From Dorea sp. (GTDB lineage: Bacteria; Bacillota; Clostridia; Lachnospirales; Lachnospiraceae): a DNA stretch of 64,000 nucleotides. This document shows, piece by piece, positions 25,768-35,890 of the stretch (the first letter of the stretch is position 1; every line of letters starts with the position of its first letter). Below the pieces are notes generated by a model. That model was not told where the DNA came from, did not search any database, and worked only from the letters and a program-made list of their open reading frames with translations. The DNA is taken from assembly GCA_022769185.1 (NCBI GenBank), contig JALEKG010000029.1, positions 14,113-78,112 of the forward strand, written 5' to 3'. Both the position numbers and the translations under genes were made by a program.

Positions 25768-27297
25768 ATGCTGGAGAAATTGGATTTAACAAAATCATTG
25801 AGTAAGACAGAGTATAAAGAAAAGATGATAAAACTGGAGCCGAAGCTTGGGAAATTACAACGGGAATGCCGTAGGCTTGGTATTCCGGTTATGATTGCTT
25901 TTGAAGGATATGGTGCATCAGGCAAGGGAGTGCAGATTGCAGAACTTATCCGGGCGTTGGATCCGAGAGGCTTCGAGGTATATGCAGTAAAGAACGAGAC
26001 GGAAGAGGAACGGATGCATCCTTTTATGTGGAGGTTCTGGACGAAGCTTCCTGCAAAAGGCAGATTTGCAATCTATGACAGCAGCTGGTACCGGAAGGTT
26101 TTGGTAGATCGTTTTGAGAAGAAAACGAAGAAGAAAGATATTGAGGAAGCTTTTCACTCTATTTGTTCTTTTGAGGAACAGCTTACCACAGATGGTATGG
26201 TTATGATTAAGATTTTTCTGGCGATTGACCAGGAAGAACAGAAGAAACGGTTTGACCAGCTGAGAGAATCAAAGGAAACGGCATGGAGAGTCAGTGAAGG
26301 AGATCTTAAGCGAAATAAGAAATTTGCAAAATATCAGGCAATGAATGAGGAAATGCTCGGGCGTACAGATACAGAATATGCACCGTGGCATATTGTGGAG
26401 GCAACGGATCGCAGATTTGCAACGGTGAAGATTTATACAATTGTGAATCAGATGCTGGAGGAGCAGATTAAAAAAGTATTGGAAAATGACGCAAAGAAAG
26501 CACTGGAGTCACAGATAGTAGACGTAAAAGAAGCAGAAAGCCCGGGTGAACGGAAATTAGAGGAATCAGTTCTTGCAAAAGTTGATTTAAGCCTTTCTTA
26601 TACTAAGGAGGAATATAAGAAACGTTTGTCTGTTCTACAGAAAAGAATTGAGCTGCTCCATGGTGAATTATATCGCAGGCGTATACCTATGGTGATTGGA
26701 TTTGAAGGCTGGGATGCAGGTGGTAAAGGAGGAGCAATTCGTAGATTGACGGAAAAGATGGATCCGAGAGGATATGTGGTGCATCCGACTGCATCACCGA
26801 ATGAAATAGAGAGAGACTATCATTATCTGTGGAGATTTTGGACAGATATGCCAAAAGCGGGACATATTACGATCTTTGACAGAACCTGGTATGGAAGAGT
26901 GATGGTGGAGCGGATAGAAGGATTCTGTACGAAACAGGAATGGCAGAGAGCATATAAAGAAATCAATGATATGGAGCATGATCTTGTGAGTGCCGGAGCA
27001 ATTGTACTGAAGTTCTGGATGCAGATTGACAAAGAGGAACAAGAGCGGAGGTTCAAAGCAAGACAGGAGAATCCGGATAAACAATGGAAGATTACGGAGG
27101 AAGACTGGAGAAATCGTGAAAAATGGGATTTATATGAAGAAGCTGTCAATGAAATGCTGATCCGTACTTCGACTCCAGATGCTCCGTGGGTTGTTGTAGA
27201 AGGAAATTGTAAGTATTATGCAAGAATTAAGGTCCTTGAAACGGTGGTTTGTGCAATTGAAAAGCGGCTGGAAAAGGAGAAAGGAGAAAGGGTATGA
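25768..27297 (+). CDS. two-domain polyphosphate kinase 2 family protein (PAP-like polyphosphate:nucleotide phosphotransferase)
   Basis: Two PPK2 repeats, each with a Walker-A-like box (FEGYGASGKG; FEGWDAGGKGG) and a lid motif (WRFWTKLP; WRFWTDMP). The ATG at 25768 follows AAAGGAGGAAG (the track start at 25717 is a GTG). Confidence 0.88.
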   Translation: MLEKLDLTKSLSKTEYKEKMIKLEPKLGKLQRECRRLGIPVMIAFEGYGASGKGVQIAELIRALDPRGFEVYAVKNETEEERMHPFMWRFWTKLPAKGRFAIYDSSWYRKVLVDRFEKKTKKKDIEEAFHSICSFEEQLTTDGMVMIKIFLAIDQEEQKKRFDQLRESKETAWRVSEGDLKRNKKFAKYQAMNEEMLGRTDTEYAPWHIVEATDRRFATVKIYTIVNQMLEEQIKKVLENDAKKALESQIVDVKEAESPGERKLEESVLAKVDLSLSYTKEEYKKRLSVLQKRIELLHGELYRRRIPMVIGFEGWDAGGKGGAIRRLTEKMDPRGYVVHPTASPNEIERDYHYLWRFWTDMPKAGHITIFDRTWYGRVMVERIEGFCTKQEWQRAYKEINDMEHDLVSAGAIVLKFWMQIDKEEQERRFKARQENPDKQWKITEEDWRNREKWDLYEEAVNEMLIRTSTPDAPWVVVEGNCKYYARIKVLETVVCAIEKRLEKEKGERV

Positions 27298-28298
27298 CCA
27301 TAAGGGAACAGATGGAACTTCGGGAAACAGAGTATCTGAGTCCTTTTGCGGCTTTGAGTAAAGAGTCGAAAGGACGGGAGTGCATGGAAGAAGAATGTGA
27401 TATCCGTCCGGTTTATCAAAGAGATCGGGACAGGATTCTCCATTGTAAGTCTTTTCGCCGGTTAAAGCAGAAAACACAAGTGTTTTTATTGCCAAAAGGT
27501 GATCATTACAGGACCAGAATGACGCATACTTTGGAAGTGTCGCAAAATGCGAGGACTGTGGCAAAAGCTTTGAGGTTAAATGAAGATCTCGTGGAAGCAA
27601 TCGCATTGGGACATGATCTTGGACATACGCCATTTGGACATGCCGGTGAGAGAGCGTTAAACGCAGTCTGTCCGCTGGGCTTTAAACATAATGAGCAGAG
27701 TGTCCGGGTGGTAGAGCGTCTGGAAAAACAGGGAGAGGGGCTGAATCTGACATGGGAGGTCAGAGATGGGATTTTGAATCATAAGACCAGTGGAATTCCC
27801 CATACGCTGGAGGGACAGATTGTACGGCTGTCAGATAAAATTGCCTATATCAATCATGATATTGATGATGCAATCCGTGGTGGGATTCTAAAAGAAGATG
27901 ATATACCGGCTGAATATAGAAAGATATTAGGAACGACGACAAGAATGCGGCTCAATACAATGATTCATGATGTGATTACGAACAGCATGGATCAGCCGGA
28001 GATTAGAATGTCTTTCGAAATTCAGAATGCGGTGATGGGACTCAGGAGATTCCTTTTTGAACATGTGTATGAGAATCCGGCAGCAAAAGGGGAAGAATCC
28101 AAAGCAATCAATATGATTACGAATTTATATGAATACTATATCAAACATTTAGAATTACTTCCGGAACAGTTCATTAAAATGATGAAAGAAGGAGCTTGTG
28201 AGGAGCAAGTGGTATGTGATTATATAGCAGGAATGACAGATACATATGCAGTGAAAAAGTTTGAAGAATATTTTGTACCGGAATCGTGGAAATTTTAA
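27294..28298 (+). CDS. dGTP triphosphohydrolase-like HD-domain protein
   Basis: HD motifs RMTHTLEVSQ and GHDLGHTPFGHAGE, and C-terminus DYIAGMTDTYA typical of Dgt-like proteins. ATGA overlap with the PPK2 gene. Confidence 0.85.
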   Translation: MTIREQMELRETEYLSPFAALSKESKGRECMEEECDIRPVYQRDRDRILHCKSFRRLKQKTQVFLLPKGDHYRTRMTHTLEVSQNARTVAKALRLNEDLVEAIALGHDLGHTPFGHAGERALNAVCPLGFKHNEQSVRVVERLEKQGEGLNLTWEVRDGILNHKTSGIPHTLEGQIVRLSDKIAYINHDIDDAIRGGILKEDDIPAEYRKILGTTTRMRLNTMIHDVITNSMDQPEIRMSFEIQNAVMGLRRFLFEHVYENPAAKGEESKAINMITNLYEYYIKHLELLPEQFIKMMKEGACEEQVVCDYIAGMTDTYAVKKFEEYFVPESWKF

Positions 28299-28345
28299 AG
28301 GAAATCAAATAGTTTTGTCGAATATTATATATGAGGAGATTTTAT

Positions 28346-30121
28346 ATGTATTATTCTGATGAAATCATTGAAGAAGTAAGATCTAAAAATGATATCGTAG
28401 ATGTGATATCAAGTTATGTAAAACTACAGAAAAAAGGTAGTTCGTATTTTGGACTGTGCCCTTTTCATAATGAAAAATCCCCTTCCTTTTCTGTCAGCAG
28501 GCAGAAGCAGATGTATTATTGTTTCGGTTGTGGTGCCGGAGGAAATGTATTCACATTTTTGATGGAATATGAGAATTACACGTTTGTGGAAGCATTGAGA
28601 TATCTGGCGGACCGGGCTGGAGTAGATCTGCCGGAAGAGGAATATTCTAAAGAGGCAAGAGAACGTGCGGATACAAGGGCAATTCTTCTGGAGATCAATA
28701 AAGTGGCTGCCCAGTATTATTATGTGCAGCTGAAGAGTTCCCAGGGAGTTCAGGGACTTACATATCTGAAAAAGCGTGGGCTAAGTGATGAGACGATCAA
28801 AGCGTTTGGACTGGGATATTCGAATAAGTACAGTGATGATCTGTACCGATATCTGAAATCAAAGGGATACAAAGACGATATGATCGCGAAAGCAGGGCTG
28901 ATTACGATTGATGAAAAACATGGGGTATATGATAAGTTCTGGAACAGGGTCATGTTTCCGATTATGGATGTGAATAGTAGAGTGATTGGATTTGGCGGCC
29001 GTGTTATGGGAGATGCCAAGCCGAAATATCTGAATTCTCCGGAGACGATGATTTTTGACAAGAGCCGGAATCTGTATGGGCTGAACCGTGCGAGAAGTTC
29101 CAAAAAGCCATACTTCTTATTATGTGAAGGTTATATGGATGTGATCTCTTTGCATCAGGCTGGATTTACGAATGCAGTTGCTTCGTTGGGAACAGCGTTG
29201 ACGCCGGGGCATGCATCACTGATTAAAAGATACGTACAGGAAGTATATCTTACATATGATAGTGATGGCGCGGGAACAAAGGCTGCACTTCGGGCATTGC
29301 CGATTCTAAAAGACGCTGGAATTACAGCAAGGATCATCCGGATGGAGCCATATAAAGATCCGGATGAATTTATTAAAAATCTGGGAGCAGAGGCATTCGA
29401 AGAGCGAATCAGCAAAGCAAGAAATGGGTTTATGTTTAGTCTGGAAGTTCTGGAAAGGGATTATGATATGAATTCTCCGGAAGGCCGTACGGATTTCATG
29501 AAAGAAGCGGCGAAAAAGCTTGTGGAATTCGATGAAGAGATTGAACGTAATAACTATATAGAAGCGGTAGCAAAGACTTATCATGTTGGCTTTGAAGATC
29601 TTCGAAAGCTGGTAGGAAAGATGGCAGTTCAGACAGGACTGGCGAAGCCGGCATCCAGGCCCAAGGCATCAGCAGACAGAGAAAAGCAGAAAGAAAACGG
29701 AGTTTTTACATCACAAAAGATATTGCTGACATGGCTGATTGAAAGCGAAGATATTTTCCGGCAGATTGAAAGATATATTGTTCCGGAAGATTTCTCAGAA
29801 GGATTATACCGGACGGTGGCAGAACTTCTTTATAAACAGTATGAAAATCATGAGGTTAACCCGGCTCAGATTATGAATCATTTTACAGATGAAGAAGAAC
29901 ATCGGGAGGTGGCATCTCTTTTTCACACCAGGATTAAAGAGCTGACTACCATACAGGAGCAGGAAAAAGCTCTGAAGGAAACAGTGATACGTGTTAAGGA
30001 TTACAGTATTGAAGAAGCTACAAAAAATCTGGATCCTACGGATATGGCAGGATTGCAGCGGCTGATGAACGCAAAAAGGGAATTGCAGGATTTGAAGGCA
30101 CTGCATATTTCTATTAATTAA
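28346..30121 (+). CDS. dnaG: DNA primase
   Basis: Zn finger CPFHNEKSPSFSVSRQKQMYYCFGCGAGG, RNA-polymerase core and TOPRIM (LCEGYMDVISL, YDSDGAG). The ATG at 28346 follows GAGGAG. Confidence 0.93.
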   Translation: MYYSDEIIEEVRSKNDIVDVISSYVKLQKKGSSYFGLCPFHNEKSPSFSVSRQKQMYYCFGCGAGGNVFTFLMEYENYTFVEALRYLADRAGVDLPEEEYSKEARERADTRAILLEINKVAAQYYYVQLKSSQGVQGLTYLKKRGLSDETIKAFGLGYSNKYSDDLYRYLKSKGYKDDMIAKAGLITIDEKHGVYDKFWNRVMFPIMDVNSRVIGFGGRVMGDAKPKYLNSPETMIFDKSRNLYGLNRARSSKKPYFLLCEGYMDVISLHQAGFTNAVASLGTALTPGHASLIKRYVQEVYLTYDSDGAGTKAALRALPILKDAGITARIIRMEPYKDPDEFIKNLGAEAFEERISKARNGFMFSLEVLERDYDMNSPEGRTDFMKEAAKKLVEFDEEIERNNYIEAVAKTYHVGFEDLRKLVGKMAVQTGLAKPASRPKASADREKQKENGVFTSQKILLTWLIESEDIFRQIERYIVPEDFSEGLYRTVAELLYKQYENHEVNPAQIMNHFTDEEEHREVASLFHTRIKELTTIQEQEKALKETVIRVKDYSIEEATKNLDPTDMAGLQRLMNAKRELQDLKALHISIN

Positions 30122-30160
30122 GGATAAAATATAAACAAGCAATGAGAGGATGGACATTAC

Positions 30161-31273
30161 ATGGACGAAAATATAATGAAATTCCAGGAAAAACTGAGAG
30201 AATTAGTAGCGCTCGGAAAGAAGAAAAAAAGTATTCTGGAAATTCAGGAGATCAATGATTTCTTTGCAGACATGGATCTGGATTCTGAAAAAATGGAAAA
30301 GGTATTTGATTACCTTGAGGCGAATAATATTGATGTATTGAGAATCAGTGATGACAGTGATGATGATATTCCAGATGACATTGTGATTTCTGATGAAGAT
30401 GATATTGATGTAGAAAAAATTGATTTATCTGTTCCAGATGGAATTAGTATCGAAGACCCAGTTCGAATGTATCTTAAGGAAATCGGGAAAGTGCCTCTTC
30501 TGACTGCGGAAGAAGAGGTAGAGCTTGCAAAACGGATGGCAGACGGGGATGAAGATGCGAAAAAGCGTCTGGCAGAAGCCAATTTACGTCTGGTTGTCAG
30601 CATTGCAAAACGTTATGTAGGACGTGGTATGTTATTTCTTGACCTGATCCAGGAAGGAAACCTGGGGTTGATCAAAGCAGTAGAAAAATTTGATTATCAT
30701 AAGGGCTTTAAGTTCAGTACGTATGCTACATGGTGGATCAGACAGGCGATTACAAGAGCGATTGCTGATCAGGCCAGAACGATCCGTATTCCGGTGCATA
30801 TGGTAGAAACAATCAACAAGCTGATCCGTGTGTCCAGACAGTTATTGCAGGAGTTGGGACGTGAACCCACGCCGGAAGAAATTGCGGCTGAGTTGGACAT
30901 GCCTGTAGAACGTGTAAGAGAAATCTTGAAGATTTCACAGGAACCGGTATCTCTGGAGACTCCGATCGGAGAAGAGGAAGATAGTCATCTGGGCGATTTT
31001 ATACAGGATGACAATGTTCCGGTACCCGCAGAAGCAGCGGCACAGACGCTTCTGAAAGAACAGTTAGATGAAGTGCTGGATACATTAACAGAAAGAGAGC
31101 AGAAGGTACTGAGACTCCGGTTTGGTATGAATGATGGCCGAGCACGTACCTTGGAAGAAGTCGGTAAGGAATTCGATGTAACTCGTGAACGTATTCGTCA
31201 GATTGAGGCGAAGGCGCTCCGAAAACTGCGTCATCCGAGCCGCAGCAGAAAACTGAGAGATTATTTGGACTAA
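30161..31273 (+). CDS. rpoD: primary RNA polymerase sigma factor (SigA/RpoD)
   Basis: Acidic region 1; regions 2-4 ([52 protein letters not shown]). Confidence 0.95.
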   Translation: MDENIMKFQEKLRELVALGKKKKSILEIQEINDFFADMDLDSEKMEKVFDYLEANNIDVLRISDDSDDDIPDDIVISDEDDIDVEKIDLSVPDGISIEDPVRMYLKEIGKVPLLTAEEEVELAKRMADGDEDAKKRLAEANLRLVVSIAKRYVGRGMLFLDLIQEGNLGLIKAVEKFDYHKGFKFSTYATWWIRQAITRAIADQARTIRIPVHMVETINKLIRVSRQLLQELGREPTPEEIAAELDMPVERVREILKISQEPVSLETPIGEEEDSHLGDFIQDDNVPVPAEAAAQTLLKEQLDEVLDTLTEREQKVLRLRFGMNDGRARTLEEVGKEFDVTRERIRQIEAKALRKLRHPSRSRKLRDYLD

Positions 31274-31286
31274 GAAAGAGGCGCCT

Positions 31287-31979
31287 ATGGAACTATCAAA
31301 AAGACTTTATGCGGTTGCAGGTCTGGTAACAAAGGGCGCCTCTGTTGCTGATATCGGAACAGATCATGGATATATACCGATCTATCTGATCGAACAGGGG
31401 ATTTCGCCAAAGGCAATCGCACTGGACATTAATAAAGGGCCGCTTGAGCGTGCAAGAATGCACATTGTTGGCCATGGATTAAAAGATAGGATAGAAACAA
31501 GACTTTCTGATGGGCTTGAAGCAGTTATGCCTGGAGAGGTTGACACTATAATTGCGGCTGGAATGGGAGGCGGGCTGATCATAAAGATATTAACCGAAGG
31601 GAAAGAAGTTGTCGATACACTTTCCTCTTGTATTTTGCAGCCACAGTCTGAGATTTACAGAGTCAGACGTTTTCTTGCTTCGAATAAGCTTCGTATCGTA
31701 CAGGAAGATATGGTTAAGGAAGATGGAAAATATTATCCAATGATGAAAGTAATCCATGGAGAAACTGAAAGTTATACAGATTGTGAATATATATATGGGA
31801 AATGTCTTCTTAAGAAACGTCATCCGGTTTTGAAACAGTACCTGGAACGCGAGATGCAGATGAAGGAAAATATTTTTTATCAATTGTTTCAGCACAAAGA
31901 CAGCGAGAGTGCAGCAAAACGCATGGATGCAATCCGGAAAGATATAGTACTGATTTCAGAGGCACTGGAGTATTTTTAA
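31287..31979 (+). CDS. trmK: tRNA (adenine22-N1)-methyltransferase
   Basis: N-terminus LSKRLYAVAGLV..ADIGTDHGYIPIYL is typical of TrmK/YqfN. The conserved position after sigA and before nif3 matches Bacillus. Confidence 0.85.
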   Translation: MELSKRLYAVAGLVTKGASVADIGTDHGYIPIYLIEQGISPKAIALDINKGPLERARMHIVGHGLKDRIETRLSDGLEAVMPGEVDTIIAAGMGGGLIIKILTEGKEVVDTLSSCILQPQSEIYRVRRFLASNKLRIVQEDMVKEDGKYYPMMKVIHGETESYTDCEYIYGKCLLKKRHPVLKQYLEREMQMKENIFYQLFQHKDSESAAKRMDAIRKDIVLISEALEYF

Positions 31980-32008
31980 GTGAGAAGAAAAGAAAGGGAG
32001 TATGATAT

Positions 32009-32803
32009 ATGTTTTGCCTGGATATCATGGATATCATAGAGAAAAGGTATCCACGAGAGTATGCAATGGAATGGGATAATGTCGGGCTTTTGGCTGGCAG
32101 AGATGATAAAGAAATACACCGGATCTATATTGCAGTAGATGCAACGGATGAGGTAATCGATGCTGCGATTGCGATTCATGCGGATATGTTAGTGACGCAC
32201 CACCCTATGATCTTTGGATCAATGAGGCAGATTAACAATCGGGATTTTATTGGAAAACGTATCATAAAATTGATTCAGAATGATATATCATATTATGCGA
32301 TGCATACGAATTATGATGTGCTGGGAATGTCGGAATTGTCTGCAAAGCTTTTGGAACTAAAAAATGCACAGGTGTTAGAGACTACGTATTGTTCTGATCA
32401 TGCTGGGGAGCATAAGATGGAAGGAATCGGAAGGATTGCAGATCTGTCACAGCCTGTTTCATTAGGATCCTATTGTAACCAGGTGAAAAAGATATTCCAA
32501 CTGGAATATGTGAAATTATTTGGTAATCCGGATATGATTATCAGGAGGGTGGCAATCTGTCCGGGATCAGGGAAGAGTGTGATACAGACGGCTATTGAAA
32601 AACAGGCTGATGTACTTGTGACAGGAGATATCGGACACCATGAGGGAATCGATGCGGTTGCACAGGACCTTGCAATCATTGATGCAGGTCATTATGGGAT
32701 AGAATCTATTTTTATAAATGATATGCAGCAGTATCTGACGGAGAATCTGAATGGGATTGAGGTGACAGGTGCACCGATTCATCATCCATTTATGATTGTA
32801 TAA
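32009..32803 (+). CDS. Nif3-like dinuclear metal centre protein (YqfO-like)
   Basis: Motifs WDNVGLL, THHP and TGDIGHHE; 264 aa; conserved partner of trmK. Confidence 0.85.
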   Translation: MFCLDIMDIIEKRYPREYAMEWDNVGLLAGRDDKEIHRIYIAVDATDEVIDAAIAIHADMLVTHHPMIFGSMRQINNRDFIGKRIIKLIQNDISYYAMHTNYDVLGMSELSAKLLELKNAQVLETTYCSDHAGEHKMEGIGRIADLSQPVSLGSYCNQVKKIFQLEYVKLFGNPDMIIRRVAICPGSGKSVIQTAIEKQADVLVTGDIGHHEGIDAVAQDLAIIDAGHYGIESIFINDMQQYLTENLNGIEVTGAPIHHPFMIV

Positions 32804-32818
32804 GAAAAGGGGAGATTT

Positions 32819-34486
32819 ATGGCAAAAAAATTTTTTCATGTACAGATAGGAGATACGGTCAGAAAGTATGAAGAGGGTACGACGTATCGTCAGATTGCTG
32901 AAGAATTTCAAACAGATTATCAACATGATATTGTCCTTGCATTTGTCGATGACCGGCTTCAGGAATTGTTTAAGACAGTACAATCAGATTGTGCGATCCG
33001 TTTTGAAACAACCGGAGATTCTATAGGGCATCAGACCTATAAGAGAAGCATGAGCCTGATGTTGGTAAAAGCAGTTTACGATACAGCTAACCATAAAGAT
33101 ATTGAAAAAGTAAGAATTCATTATTCCGTGAGCAAGGGGTATTATTGTACAATTGATGGAAATATTGTATTGAATCAGGACTTTCTTGATCGTGTAGAGG
33201 AAAGAATGCAATTGATGATCGCACAAGATATGCCGATTCAGAAGAGAAGTATCCATACGGATGATGCAATCACTTTGTTTGGACAATATGGAATGTATGA
33301 TAAGGAACGGTTGTTCAAATATCGGAGAGTTTCAAAGGTAAATATATATACTATGAATGAATTTGAAGATTATTATTATGGTTATATGGTTCCGAGTGCC
33401 GGATATTTAAAATATTTTAAGCTGTATCTTTATGATGATGGCTTTGTTCTGCAGATGCCTACACAGGAAGAACCAGAGATAATTCCACCCTTTGAGCCTC
33501 AGAACAAGTTATTTCAGGTAATGAAAGAATCAGTTAAATGGGGAGATATGCAGGGAATTGAAACAGTAGGAGCTTTGAATGACAGGATTACCAAAAGTGA
33601 TGTGCATGAGGTCGTTCTGGTTCAGGAGGCTTTACAGGAAAAGAAGATTGCTGAGATTGCTGCTCAGATTGCAGCAAATCCAGAGATCAAGTTTATATTG
33701 ATCGCAGGGCCGTCTTCTTCCGGTAAGACAACGTTTTCTCATCGCCTTTCCATTCAGCTTCGTGCCAATGGGTTAGTTCCACATCCGATTGCAGTAGACA
33801 ATTATTTTAAAGAGAGGGAAGATACTCCGAAAGATGTGAATGGTAATTATGACTTCGAATGTCTGGAAGCAGTAGATGTAGAATTATTTAATCAACAGCT
33901 TCAGGAACTTTTGACTGGTAAGGAAGTCGTAATTCCAACGTTTAATTTTGTGACAGGACATAAAGAGTATGGGAATGAAGTGAAAAAATTAGGAGCGAAC
34001 GATGTGTTGGTAATAGAAGGCATTCATTGTCTGAATCCTGAATTAACAGAAAGTCTTCCAAATGCAAATAAATTTAAAATCTATATAAGTGCGCTGACAC
34101 AGTTGAATATCGACGAGCATAACCGGATTCCTACGACAGATGGACGACTGATTCGAAGAATTGTGCGTGACGCAAGAACTAGAGGAGCCTCAGCCCAGAA
34201 GACGATCCGGATGTGGCCATCTGTCAGAAGAGGTGAGGAGAAGAATATCTTTCCATATCAGGAAGAGGCTGATGTAATGTTTAATTCTGCACTCATCTAT
34301 GAGCTTGCAGTTTTGAAACCATATGTTGAAGCGCTATTATTCGGAATCGATCGTGACTGTCCGGAATATCTGGAAGCGAAAAGATTACTGAAATTCCTGG
34401 ATTATTTTGTTGGGATTGGAAGTGAAAATGTTCCGACGAATTCTTTGCTTAGAGAATTTATCGGAGGCGGATGCTTTAAAATCTAA
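32819..34486 (+). CDS. nucleoside (uridine-type) kinase with an N-terminal TGS/ThrRS-like extension
   Basis: P-loop LIAGPSSSGKTTF in the C-terminal half, uridine-kinase-like blocks (VLVIEGIH, RRIVRD), and an N-terminal extension of about 280 aa. Confidence 0.8.
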   Translation: MAKKFFHVQIGDTVRKYEEGTTYRQIAEEFQTDYQHDIVLAFVDDRLQELFKTVQSDCAIRFETTGDSIGHQTYKRSMSLMLVKAVYDTANHKDIEKVRIHYSVSKGYYCTIDGNIVLNQDFLDRVEERMQLMIAQDMPIQKRSIHTDDAITLFGQYGMYDKERLFKYRRVSKVNIYTMNEFEDYYYGYMVPSAGYLKYFKLYLYDDGFVLQMPTQEEPEIIPPFEPQNKLFQVMKESVKWGDMQGIETVGALNDRITKSDVHEVVLVQEALQEKKIAEIAAQIAANPEIKFILIAGPSSSGKTTFSHRLSIQLRANGLVPHPIAVDNYFKEREDTPKDVNGNYDFECLEAVDVELFNQQLQELLTGKEVVIPTFNFVTGHKEYGNEVKKLGANDVLVIEGIHCLNPELTESLPNANKFKIYISALTQLNIDEHNRIPTTDGRLIRRIVRDARTRGASAQKTIRMWPSVRRGEEKNIFPYQEEADVMFNSALIYELAVLKPYVEALLFGIDRDCPEYLEAKRLLKFLDYFVGIGSENVPTNSLLREFIGGGCFKI

Positions 34487-34498
34487 TTCCAGTATCAA

Positions 34499-34547
34499 AA
34501 AAGGTCTGAAACCGCATCGTGCTTGCACGGAGAATTTCAGACCTTTT
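34499..34547. terminator. bidirectional terminator between the nucleoside kinase gene (+) and aroC (-)
   Basis: aaaaggtctgaaa / tttcagacctttt, a perfect 13-bp stem flanked by an A-run and a T-run. Confidence 0.8.
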
Positions 34548-34580
34548 AATCTGTCATAAAAAAACTATAAGTAACTCAAA

Positions 34581-35678
34581 TTAACGATAGATTTTTTCCA
34601 GATTATCAATTCTAGAAACAGCATTTTGCATGATCAGATCTGCAAGAGTTACTGCTGCCATGGATTCGACTACAACAACAGCTCTTGGTACAATAACCGG
34701 ATCATGACGTCCAGTAATTTCAATCGTAATATTTTCTCCGTCTGTATTTACTGTATTCTGTTCTTGAGAAATTGAAGGAGTTGGTTTAATTGCTGCACGA
34801 AGGATAATTCTGCTTCCATCACTTAAGCCGCCGAGGATTCCTCCGGAATGATTCGTTTCTTTATATATCTTTCCATTCTCAGAATGGAATGCATCATTAT
34901 TGACACTTCCTGTTGAAGCAGCAGCCTGAAAGCCATCCCCGATTTCTACTCCTTTTACTGCGCCTATGGACATAATTGCTTTTGCAAGAGAAGCGTCCAG
35001 TTTCTGAAATACGGGTTCACCGATACCGGCAGGGATTCCGTCAATGACACATTCAATGATGCCTCCGGATGAGTCTTTATTTGCCATACATTCTTTGAGA
35101 TAGGAAGATGCTTTTTCTGCATAATTATTACTAGGCATGTATAAACTGTTATCAGTAATAGCATCATAATTGTACTCTGAATCTGGTACAGAAATATTGC
35201 CAATGGCTTTCGTGTACGTTGTAATGTGGATACCAAGATGATTCAGTATCCGGGAAGCGACAGCACCACCTGCAACACGTCCAATAGTTTCTCTTCCGGA
35301 AGTGCGGCCTCCGCCGCGATAGTCACGAAATCCATATTTTGCATCAAATGTATAATCAGCATGTCCCGGCCGGTAACAGTTCATGATTTTACTATAATCA
35401 TGGGAACGTTGATCGGTGTTTCGGACCATCAGAGAGATAGAAGTTCCGGTGGTTCGTCCTTCAAAAACACCGGAAAGAATCTCGACTTTATCAGATTCTT
35501 TCCGTGCAGTTGTGAACTTACTCTGTCCGGGTTTCCTTCTGTCCAGAAATTTTTGTATATCAGCATCTGTAAGGGAAATTCCTGCCGGACATCCGTCAAT
35601 TACTACACCAAGTGCCGGACCATGGGATTCCCCCCATGTTGTAATTGTAAATAAAGTTCCATATGTTGATCCTGCCAT
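34581..35678 (-). CDS. aroC: chorismate synthase
   Basis: N-terminus GSTYGTLFTITTWGESHG and GGRTSGRET motifs; 365 aa; AAGGAG RBS. Confidence 0.95.
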   Translation of the reverse strand: MAGSTYGTLFTITTWGESHGPALGVVIDGCPAGISLTDADIQKFLDRRKPGQSKFTTARKESDKVEILSGVFEGRTTGTSISLMVRNTDQRSHDYSKIMNCYRPGHADYTFDAKYGFRDYRGGGRTSGRETIGRVAGGAVASRILNHLGIHITTYTKAIGNISVPDSEYNYDAITDNSLYMPSNNYAEKASSYLKECMANKDSSGGIIECVIDGIPAGIGEPVFQKLDASLAKAIMSIGAVKGVEIGDGFQAAASTGSVNNDAFHSENGKIYKETNHSGGILGGLSDGSRIILRAAIKPTPSISQEQNTVNTDGENITIEITGRHDPVIVPRAVVVVESMAAVTLADLIMQNAVSRIDNLEKIYR

Positions 35679-35890
35679 ATTGAGTCAATCTCCTTTATAT
35701 CTTCATCAAAGTCTCATTTCTGATGAATCTATTATATATAAAAGGAGAAAAAGCTGCAATTATAAATTGATGAATAAATCTTCATAAAAAATTTCGGTAT
35801 TTTTCCTGTACTTTTAAATATATGCATATTATAATGATTAAGTATAAACTTTTATAGCCATACTTGAACTGAAAAGGGGAGTAGATATAG

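Noticed and set aside
27294-28298. dGTPase-like HD protein as a dNTP-depletion defence gene.
   Set aside because: It sits in the conserved housekeeping position immediately upstream of dnaG-rpoD, which argues for a core-metabolic role.
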